Shown here: one piece after another, positions 21,705-30,701 of the stretch
Numbering within the stretch: the first letter of the stretch is position 1
How the letters are laid out: each line of letters opens with the position of its first letter
From: a virus
Taxonomy: Duplodnaviria; Heunggongvirae; Uroviricota; Caudoviricetes
DNA length: 64,000 nucleotides
Reading direction: 5' to 3' (one strand)
Virus record (IMG/VR): IMGVR_UViG_3300015365_000054
Notes under the pieces: generated by a model
What the model was told of the DNA's origin: nothing
Databases searched by the model: none
Seen by the model: only the letters and a program-made list of their open reading frames with translations
Position numbers and translations under genes: made by a program

Positions 21705-21896
21705 TTGAGAAGTTATTTTAAAACTAACTTCGAGTTGATGCAACACCACCATTATAGTCTCACAGAGCTTGAGGCTATGATCCCGTGGGAAAGGGATGTG
21801 TATATCGCTATGGTATCTAAGTATGTGCAAGAGGAGAATGATCGAATCAAGCATGAAAAAGAACAAATAGAAGCAAATAAACGAAGAAGAAGGTAG
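21705..21896 (+). CDS. small basic hypothetical protein (63 aa)
   Basis: ORF directly upstream of the gp29-like gene with a Lys/Arg/Glu-rich C-terminus. May be an assembly chaperone. Confidence 0.25.
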   Translation: MRSYFKTNFELMQHHHYSLTELEAMIPWERDVYIAMVSKYVQEENDRIKHEKEQIEANKRRRR

Positions 21897-21897
21897 A

Positions 21898-23646
21898 ATG
21901 GATAAGAAACGCGAAGACACAGTAAAGCAACTTGAGGCTCTTTTATCGGATCTCAAAAAGAAAGAAAAAAAGAAAAAAAGTAATACTTTATTTTCCCATA
22001 TCAAACGTACTGGGAATGTTCGTGCTGGGTTCAAGGATTATGTTGGTAGTAAGAATGAAGAATCCATAAAAGAACACGGAAGAACTAGTACAGTAGAAAC
22101 TGTAGCTGGGTTGTTCTTCAATAAAGATATATCTTCTGTATTGGGGAAAGTATTTGATAAAGATGTTGCATCTCCACCAACAGAAGCCAATATACCACAA
22201 CAAGAAGAGTCGCAGGAAAAACAATCACCAAAAACAGATGCATCAGTATCTAAGAGTTACATGGATCATAATTTTGGCAAGATATACAAATCTGTTATGG
22301 GATTAGAAAAATTCCTAAAGACAATAAAAGATGACTTTAAAACATCATCACAAAAGATAGAAAAAAGCGTAAGTAATCTATCGAAAGATGTTGATAATAA
22401 AATAATCAACAAAACAAAGAAACTACTGAATGATATTAGTCTAAAATTAGAAAAGGATCTCGGTAAGCTGGACGATTCCTTCTCCAGTTCATTGTCTAAT
22501 GTCAATCATGATATGGAATCTATTCTAGATAAACTCAACAAATTGATAAAAATAACAGAATCCAACACAAAGAAGGGTGGGGGTAGCGATCATGATTCAA
22601 GTAAAGATGAATTATATGATCCATTGGCGGATGAAGATGATGAAAAAGAAGATCAAATGTATCATTCTGTGAAGAAAGCATTAGAAGATATAATGAGAGA
22701 TAATCCAGACTTATTAGGTAACAAATCTTCCGATGGTGGAATATTGGGTGGAGTTGGAAATTTAATTGGTTCTAGGGCTATTACGGCTGGTGCTGGTGAA
22801 TTATTGGGTAGTGCTGGTGCTGCCATTGGTGGTGCTGGTGGATTAATGAGTGGGGCATTAGTTGCTGGTGCTGGTGCTATTGGATATGGCACAGGAAAAC
22901 TAATAAACAAGTTAGGACCAAACGGGAATCTTGGTGGATGGATTGGGGATAAAATTTATGATATGACCCATTCCGATAACTCTAATACAACAGAATCACC
23001 AAAAACAGTTATCAATAACACAACGAAGAACACGACTGCGCAACAAAAAACACAACCTCTTGTGATTAAACCAACACAGGAAAAAGAAGAAGATGCGCCA
23101 GACAAAAAAACACCAACATCCACAGCAATAAAACAAAAAGAAATTGCCCCAACAGAAAAACCCACATCAGTGAGTAATGATAAGGCAGATACGAATACTA
23201 CATCATTAACACCACAACCACAACAATCACAAGTTACTGATACTATTTTCATAGCAAATGAGCCAGTGATAGATGGTGTACCATTAAGTCCTAAACAGAT
23301 GAAGATGGCGGACATGTCCATGAGAATGGGAAATAAACTAGATCCAATTGTTAAGAAATCGTATGATCTAGCTATACAAAGGAATCAAACGGCTACATTA
23401 GCACCAAATCAACAAATAAACAATCAATCATATGTTGTGGATAAGAATACGAACAATATAGATAAATCATCAAATCAACAATCTGATAATGCAACCAATC
23501 AAACAATCAACCAAATAACCAATAATACCGTATTGCCTACACCACAAAGCGGTAATAAAATTGTTGTTGCTAATAATGAGAACACACTGAATAAATTAAT
23601 ATTCCATGACAGTGATCTTCCATACGTAGCATTTAATATGGGTTAA
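21898..23646 (+). CDS. tail length tape-measure and baseplate hub protein, gp29-like
   Basis: 582 aa versus T4 gp29 590 aa. Coiled-coil N-half, a Gly/Ala-rich run (GSAGAAIGGAGGLMSGALVAGAGAIG) and a Thr/Asn/Gln-rich C-half. Follows a hub-like gene as in the T4 order 27-28-29. Confidence 0.5.
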   Translation: MDKKREDTVKQLEALLSDLKKKEKKKKSNTLFSHIKRTGNVRAGFKDYVGSKNEESIKEHGRTSTVETVAGLFFNKDISSVLGKVFDKDVASPPTEANIPQQEESQEKQSPKTDASVSKSYMDHNFGKIYKSVMGLEKFLKTIKDDFKTSSQKIEKSVSNLSKDVDNKIINKTKKLLNDISLKLEKDLGKLDDSFSSSLSNVNHDMESILDKLNKLIKITESNTKKGGGSDHDSSKDELYDPLADEDDEKEDQMYHSVKKALEDIMRDNPDLLGNKSSDGGILGGVGNLIGSRAITAGAGELLGSAGAAIGGAGGLMSGALVAGAGAIGYGTGKLINKLGPNGNLGGWIGDKIYDMTHSDNSNTTESPKTVINNTTKNTTAQQKTQPLVIKPTQEKEEDAPDKKTPTSTAIKQKEIAPTEKPTSVSNDKADTNTTSLTPQPQQSQVTDTIFIANEPVIDGVPLSPKQMKMADMSMRMGNKLDPIVKKSYDLAIQRNQTATLAPNQQINNQSYVVDKNTNNIDKSSNQQSDNATNQTINQITNNTVLPTPQSGNKIVVANNENTLNKLIFHDSDLPYVAFNMG

Positions 23647-23674
23647 AAAATGGGGGCTTTTCAGCCCCCAAATT
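23645..23674. terminator. bidirectional intrinsic terminator between the convergent gp29-like and gp32 genes
   Basis: AAAAAA followed by the hairpin TGGGGGCT-tttc-AGCCCCCA (8 bp, GC-rich) at 23651..23670. Confidence 0.6.
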
Positions 23675-23677
23675 GGA

Positions 23678-24616
23678 TCATTCGTTGTTATTAGCTAACC
23701 TCTTGAAAAAATCCAAATCTCCATCTTCATCTTCCATATCAAGTCCTTCTGCTGATGATATTGGCATCTGTGGAGCAGGAGATGTCTTCTGTGGTGCAGC
23801 AGATGACTGATGATCTTCTCTATCAGCAATCTTACCCGCAACAGCACCAGCGACTCCACCAGCACCCAAGACAATATTTAACCTGTCCTTTAGTTGGTCA
23901 TATGTCTTGAACTTATCTGGTGCCACGTAATCCTTTAGTGAATGCCCCATTCTCCAGATACGTTCAATCTCAGCATCCGAACTTGCAATCGGTGATGGGT
24001 TATCAAACTCAGATTTGTCGTAGTTTGTATATGCCTCACCATCACCAACAGCGATCTTACAAATTCGCAATTTGAAATTTGCGCCCTTAAAGAGATCGAA
24101 TACTTCCACTAATGTCTCACCCAATTCAGGCTTGGGATTTAGTTTGGCATTGATCTTTTCATAAATCTTTGCGCCATACTTAAACAGAAATACCTTACCC
24201 TCATTCTCTGGATGCTTTGGATCAGTTACCACCAGAATATTGGATACGTATGTCAATTTACGCTTTTGGGAGCTTGCCTTCTTTTTATTTTCTGGAATAC
24301 CGGAATTCCACAAGGATGTGTTATATTCCGATACCGGATCCGGTTTGCCCAGAGACGTTAGGGATTTTTCTATGTACCAACCACCCGGTCCTTTGAATCC
24401 GTGCTGGTAGTACTTCACATATGCTGTACCATCCTCACCATCCTGTGGGGGAGCGTCAAGAAATCGAATAACGGCATATCCATTACCATCTTTATCAACA
24501 TCGGCTCGCCATTCGCGGTCATCCTTATATGATGCCTTTCCTTTAGATTGTTCCTGTAGCTTTGCTAATGCTTCGCCAGTGCTGGAACGTGCTTTCAATC
24601 TGTTAAAATCAATCAT
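23678..24616 (-). CDS. gp32: single-stranded DNA-binding protein gp32
   Basis: [14 protein letters not shown] and [23 protein letters not shown] match T4 gp32 GNGQAVIRFLPSK and [23 protein letters not shown]. Acidic C-terminal tail. Confidence 0.9.
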   Translation of the reverse strand: [312 protein letters not shown]

Positions 24617-24673
24617 GTTTAATTCCTCTTAATTAGTTTAAATTAGTTCGACTTGTCCACTTACACATAATAA

Positions 24674-25264
24674 CTAGGTATATAAATTTTTCGTTATTGA
24701 TCTATATACACTAGCATCAAATTTCAAGAAACAACCATACTTGGAAATTTTCCTTGAAATCTTGGGATAAATTATATCATCCGATATGTATTTATCCCAA
24801 ATCTTTAGATAACCAACGACACTATCCAATATGACCATAGTTTCAAGGGAAACATCTTTCTGTAAAAATGCAGAAAGTAATTTTGGATATTGTGCCTGTT
24901 TAGTCTTAAAAAGTTCATTAAAATCATCAGATGATTTGGTAATTCCGATAATATCATTTTTATATACATTCTCCATAGAATCCATTCGTCTCTTCCAATC
25001 ATCAAATGTTTTCTTTGCATCCAATTTCAATAAATCATTCACCCATATATCATCAGAGTGTGCAAAATTCACCGCAATATAATTCACCATATCATCATAT
25101 TCATATAATCTAGCAAGACGATGAAACAGGTATTTATCTTTTCTTTTCTGGAAAGAATCTACCGAACTTCTGGTCTTACCACCATACAAAAAGAAATTGT
25201 ATGAGTCAGATTTGAAATGTAATTTTAATGAATTAAATAGGCAGAACAAATCATATGCATTCAT
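24674..25264 (-). CDS. gp59: helicase loader gp59 (loads the gp41 helicase)
   Basis: SFQKRKDKYLFHRLARLY and SLETMVILDS match T4 gp59 AYQKRRDKYFFQKLSEKY and SFETFILLDS. Adjacent to gp32 as in T4. Start taken at the internal Met (MNAYD). Confidence 0.8.
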   Translation of the reverse strand: MNAYDLFCLFNSLKLHFKSDSYNFFLYGGKTRSSVDSFQKRKDKYLFHRLARLYEYDDMVNYIAVNFAHSDDIWVNDLLKLDAKKTFDDWKRRMDSMENVYKNDIIGITKSSDDFNELFKTKQAQYPKLLSAFLQKDVSLETMVILDSVVGYLKIWDKYISDDIIYPKISRKISKYGCFLKFDASVYRSITKNLYT

Positions 25265-25443
25265 AGAATATATGTTAGTATTACTGGTAACATTAACCAC
25301 CAAGGGGATGCGTTAGTCAGCAATATAATACCACCAGCAACCATCCATATGGATAATATTATTTCGAAAGTGATACTTGGAAATGTTCTACCAAAAATCA
25401 TCAACATAAACAATATTAATCTATTAAACAGTGCAGTTATCAT
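25261..25443 (-). CDS. small hydrophobic membrane protein (60 aa, 2-3 predicted TM)
   Basis: Almost entirely hydrophobic. Its TGA overlaps the gp59 ATG (ATGA), indicating translational coupling. Confidence 0.4.
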   Translation of the reverse strand: MITALFNRLILFMLMIFGRTFPSITFEIILSIWMVAGGIILLTNASPWWLMLPVILTYIL

Positions 25444-25679
25444 AGCGGCAACCTACTTATCTTGGGAATGATTCTCATACTAGATGCTTCATTGGCTAAT
25501 AGACTCTTTAGATTTTCATCTATCATCTTAGCTGCCAATTCAACTTCCATTTCATTCTCTTCACAATATGTAGTAATGGAATCAATGTAATCACATTTTA
25601 ACCTAATTGCTCTTTCGATTATCATCATCGAGAATTTTTCTTTCTCTTGCTTGGATATTACTGCCATTAATAACCCCAT
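25440..25679 (-). CDS. late transcription co-activator gp33-like (79 aa)
   Basis: Small acidic protein in the T4 gene-33 position next to gene 59. Segment ITTYCEENEMEVELAAKMIDENL resembles T4 gp33 TTAFLEENSIPE...SEAIDENL. Recognised from memory only. Confidence 0.4.
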   Translation of the reverse strand: MGLLMAVISKQEKEKFSMMIIERAIRLKCDYIDSITTYCEENEMEVELAAKMIDENLKSLLANEASSMRIIPKISRLPL

Positions 25680-26299
25680 TATGTATTGGTCTTATAGAAC
25701 AAATGACCACCGATTTGTTTCACGAACACGCTAGATGTTGCCCAAGTTGGGGTGACGTAGCTTGCATGATAATTCATCACTGTTGGTGGTATTATACTGT
25801 ATTTCTTCTTGGAAAGCAAAATGTTCTCCGCAATCCGTTTAGAATCTCTCCAAGCGGATGTTGTTGATGATATTGCTTTCGATTTCACACAAACCCAACT
25901 AAACTGGCATGTTCCTTTTATTTTCTGCTTGACTACTCCACACACAGTGCTTGCATAATCTCCACTACGAACCCTATTCATTGTCACTTGAGCAACTGCA
26001 ATTTTTCCTTCAATTGGTTCTGCCCCAGCTTCATAATAGATATTCTGTGCCAGACAATCTACCTCTTTCATCATCACTTGCTGTTTATCGAATGAGAGTT
26101 GGTAAAACGACATACGAGTCTTCATCTCTTCCATTTCATCTACCAACTCTTGATACTTCTGCTCTTTTTGATTGATCTGGGATGTCAATTGTGCGGGTAT
26201 ATACAATGCCAATAAAAGGAATGTAAATAGCCCAAAAAATCTAATCCAAAGATTTCTAGTTCGATCAAAATACGCATCTATTTTATCGACATAAGTCAT
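25679..26299 (-). CDS. membrane-anchored cell-wall hydrolase, SleB/Hydrolase_2 family
   Basis: N-terminal TM segment (LWIRFFGLFTFLLLALYIP), a coiled-coil linker, and the SleB catalytic-domain signature NIYYEAGAEPIEGKIAVAQVTMNRV. Confidence 0.7.
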   Translation of the reverse strand: MTYVDKIDAYFDRTRNLWIRFFGLFTFLLLALYIPAQLTSQINQKEQKYQELVDEMEEMKTRMSFYQLSFDKQQVMMKEVDCLAQNIYYEAGAEPIEGKIAVAQVTMNRVRSGDYASTVCGVVKQKIKGTCQFSWVCVKSKAISSTTSAWRDSKRIAENILLSKKKYSIIPPTVMNYHASYVTPTWATSSVFVKQIGGHLFYKTNT

Positions 26300-26309
26300 T
26301 TAATTGCTC

Positions 26310-27704
26310 CTATTCGTTAGACCTATTGCGAATCTCGTCAAACGTGTATTCTTTAACCAGCTTACCATTTTCAAATATTGTTTCCAGTACTGGTTTCCAT
26401 TCAACCCCACGATCCGCCCAATTAGTGGGCTTTTCGATAGATGATTGATATTCACCACCACATTCCCATAGCTCAATTCGTCCTTTCTTGCTGCGCTTTC
26501 CTGAATCTGTAATTGGATCTTTCTGTACATCTTCCCAAACATCATCAATACAAGCGGATGAACATTTCATAGCAAATTTTGCGGTATCTCGGACAACACC
26601 TTGAAGTAGAGCACCACCCATACCAAATGCGATGTTATCTGCACTCCATCCATTTACTTCAAACGTGTGTAGAATTGATTCAATGGTATTTTCGTTGACA
26701 CCATCGCCTTGAATCAGTCTTACATGATTCAGTACTTTGTATCCCTTAGAGTTTTTAATGTAACCAAATTTACTACCCAGAATCTCAATTAGCTTGATAT
26801 TGACTTCTACAGGGTCACCTGAATCAGGACGGATAACAACAACCGCACCGCTGTCGATAACTTCCTGTCTTAGTTCTTCACCCCACAGTTTTTCTGCGGC
26901 ATTAAACACATCATAACTATCAGATACGCATGCTAGGATAGCACCCGGTTTTGCATAATTTTTCAACATGTTTCTATATGCATCAACTTCACGGTCTCTG
27001 CCCCATGAAGTCACAGTGCTGTGCTCCATTGCTGGAATAGAGAAACCAGCAACACCGGCATCGTAATATTCTCTTGCATACAAGAGTCCAGTAATATTAT
27101 CAGTACCCATGAAATTTACAAGGTGAGCAGCACCACCAATACCAACACTTTCCATACTTGACCCACCACGAGCACCAAAATCATGCAATTTGAAATTGAT
27201 ACCAGCAGGATCACCTGTTAGATTTAGGTATGGTAGAATAATGTCTTTAATTGACCTACTTAGTGTAGCGACCGTGGTTGGATACCATACCGCACGTAAT
27301 AATGCAGTCTCTGCTTGAGTGGTTAACCAAAAGCAATTTGTGTCTGTGGCTTCAATCGTAACGAGAACGTTACTGGTTGGCAGAATAGTGCCTTCTGGTA
27401 CAGCCCGAATACGTAATGGCAAATAACCATTGTGTTTATCTAAAATATATTCCCATCCTGCACGATAGAATGGCACACCATGTGCTGTGAGAATCTCGTC
27501 TGCAATGGTAATATCTTCTTTGGTGATTGGCTTGGTTAGATAATCCTTAATGAATATCTGTAGCCCAAAGAATAGAGTCTTTTCCCACGCACCACCACGG
27601 GATTCGATATAAGAATATACACCAGTGGTATTTGGTGGATATTGGTTATACATCGAAGTTTTGTACGAATCTAAATTAAGTATGATATTATTTTCTAGTT
27701 TCAT
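26310..27704 (-). CDS. nadV: nicotinamide phosphoribosyltransferase (Nampt/NadV)
   Basis: 464 aa. N-terminus NIILNLDSYKTSMYNQYPPNTTGVYSYIESRGG is the Nampt signature. Confidence 0.9.
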   Translation of the reverse strand: MKLENNIILNLDSYKTSMYNQYPPNTTGVYSYIESRGGAWEKTLFFGLQIFIKDYLTKPITKEDITIADEILTAHGVPFYRAGWEYILDKHNGYLPLRIRAVPEGTILPTSNVLVTIEATDTNCFWLTTQAETALLRAVWYPTTVATLSRSIKDIILPYLNLTGDPAGINFKLHDFGARGGSSMESVGIGGAAHLVNFMGTDNITGLLYAREYYDAGVAGFSIPAMEHSTVTSWGRDREVDAYRNMLKNYAKPGAILACVSDSYDVFNAAEKLWGEELRQEVIDSGAVVVIRPDSGDPVEVNIKLIEILGSKFGYIKNSKGYKVLNHVRLIQGDGVNENTIESILHTFEVNGWSADNIAFGMGGALLQGVVRDTAKFAMKCSSACIDDVWEDVQKDPITDSGKRSKKGRIELWECGGEYQSSIEKPTNWADRGVEWKPVLETIFENGKLVKEYTFDEIRNRSNE

Positions 27705-27776
27705 TTTTTAAATCTCCTTTAAAATTAAATTGCCCCAAGTCTATCTTGAGGACTTCTCAACATTATAACAAAAAGT

Positions 27777-28286
27777 TCAACCAAATTCAACCAATGAAGT
27801 TTGGCAAGCATTATTAGAAACTATACTTGCAAACTCTTCGATCATATTAATAATGCGGGTTTTATCACCACAAGCCAATCCCATACCAATATACGGAAAC
27901 CCAAAACGCATTCCGACATGCATACCATAGATAAAAGACAATTTCTGTAGAATTAGTTGGAATGAATTATATTCAAATACATCCCTTCTTGCACCAGAAA
28001 CATTAATATTATATTGTGTGTATGCATTGATCACAGTAAAAGAAGATGCTGGGGATGAATCTGTTGCTGGTATAATTATCTCAGCATGAGTATAATTTCC
28101 CAATTTGTTATAGTCACCCCATTCTGATTGCTGATCCACAATCCATGCTGGCTCACAACGTCCTCTAATTTGCTTGGCAATACCACTACCCATAGTATTG
28201 AAACAATTACACCCATGGACAATCACATCAAACTGCCTATCAAACGCCATAGTGATCAAATCACCTTTTATACGTTGTAACATCAT
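27777..28286 (-). CDS. macro-domain protein (ADP-ribose or O-acetyl-ADP-ribose binding or hydrolysing)
   Basis: GDLITMAFDRQFDVIVHGCNCFNTMGSGIAKQI matches the macro-domain motif GDITxxxxDAIVNAANxxLxxGGGVxxAI. 169 aa. Confidence 0.65.
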   Translation of the reverse strand: MMLQRIKGDLITMAFDRQFDVIVHGCNCFNTMGSGIAKQIRGRCEPAWIVDQQSEWGDYNKLGNYTHAEIIIPATDSSPASSFTVINAYTQYNINVSGARRDVFEYNSFQLILQKLSFIYGMHVGMRFGFPYIGMGLACGDKTRIINMIEEFASIVSNNACQTSLVEFG

Positions 28287-28939
28287 TCACTCCTTGAGGT
28301 ATCATTACGTGTTACCTTACGTGCATACATTTCCCAATCATAATTGAATAGGTAATTGTGTGAATTATTCTCCAGATTATATCTATTATTAGAAAAAGAT
28401 AGTTTGACAAATGACCTGAGTATTGGTTCATCCACAACTGGATTGGCATGTACAATAGTGTTGTCTAATCTATACAATCCATAAGGTACGCAAGTCATTA
28501 CTGTATCTGGATTAATTTGCTGCTCAAATTGGGCAAGAGAAACTTCGTGATCATCCGAGATATCATAGAAATCCTGAAATGCATATTTCGTAGGACATAC
28601 ATCAGACCAGATATAGTTTATATCATCCGTACCAAATCCATCACAATGCCATCCAGCTCTATTTTGTGTATTGCCAGCAACCACCCATGATTTCTTTGCT
28701 GTTATGTATACGTATACTGGCAATATTTGATATGTAAGTACATAATCATCCAATGCCATTTTGACCAATGATCTAAGTGATTGCAGATTGGGTGGCAATC
28801 TGATTTCATCCTTGGCTTCCGGATACATCATAATGGGCAGATTCTGGTACAACATGAATTCAGAAATGCGACCCCCAACAATACCTAATCTAGTTGGAAG
28901 GGTAAATGAATATCTATCATCTGGTGTTTGGGTATTCAT
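28283..28939 (-). CDS. possible 2OG-Fe(II) oxygenase superfamily protein
   Basis: HxD (WHCDGFGTDD), a distal His (TIVHANP) and RxS 13 residues later (LRSFVKLSF) fit the HxD...H...RxS pattern. The evidence is weak. Confidence 0.3.
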   Translation of the reverse strand: MNTQTPDDRYSFTLPTRLGIVGGRISEFMLYQNLPIMMYPEAKDEIRLPPNLQSLRSLVKMALDDYVLTYQILPVYVYITAKKSWVVAGNTQNRAGWHCDGFGTDDINYIWSDVCPTKYAFQDFYDISDDHEVSLAQFEQQINPDTVMTCVPYGLYRLDNTIVHANPVVDEPILRSFVKLSFSNNRYNLENNSHNYLFNYDWEMYARKVTRNDTSRSE

Positions 28940-29220
28940 AGAGTCATATCCACTACTTCAAAAACATACAAGCATAATTCTTGCATGATAAAGAGTTTAC
29001 ATGTACCCAGAAATTTCAATTTACTAGGTTCAGTAACGATTGGCATGCCAGTCTTATAACATTCAAAATATCTTTTGGTTGGTTCTTTTTCTGTATCAAC
29101 CATAGCCCACATAAAGAACATACCATCAACATCTTCTACACGAATGATATTCGCACCATCTGGCAAGTTCAATGTAAATTTTTCTTGCACAGGAATCTGA
29201 TATTTAAAAATTGTATACAT
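28936..29220 (-). CDS. small hypothetical protein (about 94 aa from the internal Met MYTIFKY)
   Basis: Starts 1 nt after the natV stop, with a GGGGG Shine-Dalgarno inside the natV 3' end, so it is tightly coupled to natV. Confidence 0.4.
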   Translation of the reverse strand: MYTIFKYQIPVQEKFTLNLPDGANIIRVEDVDGMFFMWAMVDTEKEPTKRYFECYKTGMPIVTEPSKLKFLGTCKLFIMQELCLYVFEVVDMTL

Positions 29221-29221
29221 A

Positions 29222-30250
29222 TTAACCCCCAATAGCCCATGAAATGATATCGTAATGATCTTCAAAACATTCCCAGCGTTTTACTTCTGACAATGGAACC
29301 CACTTTGCTTTTTCAGCATCGTCCATGCCCTTTACTCTAGGAAGTTTACCATCAGGCAATACAATCTTGAATGCATGTGTTACAGTTCTGCCTCTTGATG
29401 AACGTCCAATTGCGTCAAATACTTTGCTATCTACGATTGATCCAGCTAGTACAGGCTCTGGTACTTTGATGCCAGTTTCTTCACGCAGTTCTCGTAACAT
29501 TGCTGCTTCAATGGATTTATCCGTGTCGGCATTGACAAACCCACCGGGTAGTGCCCACAAACCTTTACCGGGTAGTGCTTTTCGCTTGACCATCAGTACA
29601 TGACCAGACTGAATCACTATTGCATCAGTGGTGACAAAGATTGGTGGATGTGGAAGAGGTGCGTATGGTATGTTATATTTTTCAACATGTTGTCTTTCAG
29701 CAATGATCTGGTTAAATGCATCACGCTCATTGACATGAAATCGTTGCAGGAAAGATAGTGTTGATAATGGTACAACACCACGAATGAAATTGAAATTTAG
29801 ATTTTCTCTAAAGAACATTTCGCGGACTGCGGTCGCATCCAATGGTTCAAACAATGGTGTTTCAATGTGAACCCATTGAGGGAACATGTCTAGGTAATCT
29901 GAAGTCCGATCTTTCTTATGCCCAATAATCCCAATGTTGTTATCGATATGGTTGTCGATGCAACCATCGACAATTTCTTGTATCTGAGTTATCCATTTTG
30001 GATTATTATAGATGTAATCCACCGAATGATTGATCTCATAATTCACATCATATTGATTAACAATAGATGAAATCATCTCAGTTCTTTCTTTGAAATTGAA
30101 TGGATTTTTGTATGTTCTTGGTTGATCACAAGAACCGATAATGATAATTAGATTATCTGTTAGTGCTGCTGCACGACGAATTGTTTCTTCATGCCCATTA
30201 TGGCATGGTTGAAAACGTCCAATAAGGACTATATGACTATACACTTTCAT
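29222..30250 (-). CDS. natV: bifunctional NMN adenylyltransferase / Nudix ADP-ribose pyrophosphatase (NadM-Nudix, NatV)
   Basis: N-terminal IGRFQPCHNGHEETI carries the HxGH nucleotidyltransferase motif. C-terminal GGFVNADTDKSIEAAMLRELREETGIKV is a Nudix box. Confidence 0.9.
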   Translation of the reverse strand: MKVYSHIVLIGRFQPCHNGHEETIRRAAALTDNLIIIIGSCDQPRTYKNPFNFKERTEMISSIVNQYDVNYEINHSVDYIYNNPKWITQIQEIVDGCIDNHIDNNIGIIGHKKDRTSDYLDMFPQWVHIETPLFEPLDATAVREMFFRENLNFNFIRGVVPLSTLSFLQRFHVNERDAFNQIIAERQHVEKYNIPYAPLPHPPIFVTTDAIVIQSGHVLMVKRKALPGKGLWALPGGFVNADTDKSIEAAMLRELREETGIKVPEPVLAGSIVDSKVFDAIGRSSRGRTVTHAFKIVLPDGKLPRVKGMDDAEKAKWVPLSEVKRWECFEDHYDIISWAIGG

Positions 30251-30316
30251 TCTAACTCCTAGAATTTAAATTATCAACCAAGTCTATCTTGGTTATTCTT
30301 ATTTAGTACAAATTAA

Positions 30317-30643
30317 TCAAGATCCAACATGTAACACCAAAGTTTCACCCCGTGGGGAGAAACCTTCAATAAACACATGAAAACCATCACCACTATCACG
30401 AATACATGCATTCGCTGCCATATACAATGCAGCATATGTACTCCCCACAATCGCTCTGGTAATTGGCTTTCCACCCAAATGATTTTCGTGAGTTATTGTC
30501 TTTGCTGCTGCATATGGATGTGGTTTGTTGAGATTATCAATCTCAAAAATAGACCAAATAGCATCCAAATCAAGATCAGAACGAACACTTTCATAGTGTT
30601 CAAACTTCTCATGAAATGTATCATACTCAGGCAAAGTCTTCAT
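30317..30643 (-). CDS. hypothetical protein (108 aa), first gene downstream of a consensus sigma70 promoter
   Basis: ORF with its ATG 23 nt downstream of the predicted transcription start. No recognisable motif. Confidence 0.4.
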   Translation of the reverse strand: MKTLPEYDTFHEKFEHYESVRSDLDLDAIWSIFEIDNLNKPHPYAAAKTITHENHLGGKPITRAIVGSTYAALYMAANACIRDSGDGFHVFIEGFSPRGETLVLHVGS

Positions 30644-30672
30644 TTCAAAATCCCATTTGTTGGTATGGGGTA

Positions 30673-30701
30673 ATTATATAGGTAATTTGGTTATATGTCA
30701 A
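30673..30701 (-). promoter_or_regulatory. perfect consensus sigma70 promoter (TTGACA-17 nt-TATAAT) reading leftward into the NAD island
   Basis: Minus-sense ATCTTGACA-tataaccaaattaccta-TATAAT-taccc. The -35 element is the reverse complement of 30696..30701 and the -10 of 30673..30678. Confidence 0.7.

Noticed and set aside
26300-26548. 82-aa ORF overlapping the nadV 3' end
   Set aside because: It sits in an alternative frame within the well-supported nadV gene.
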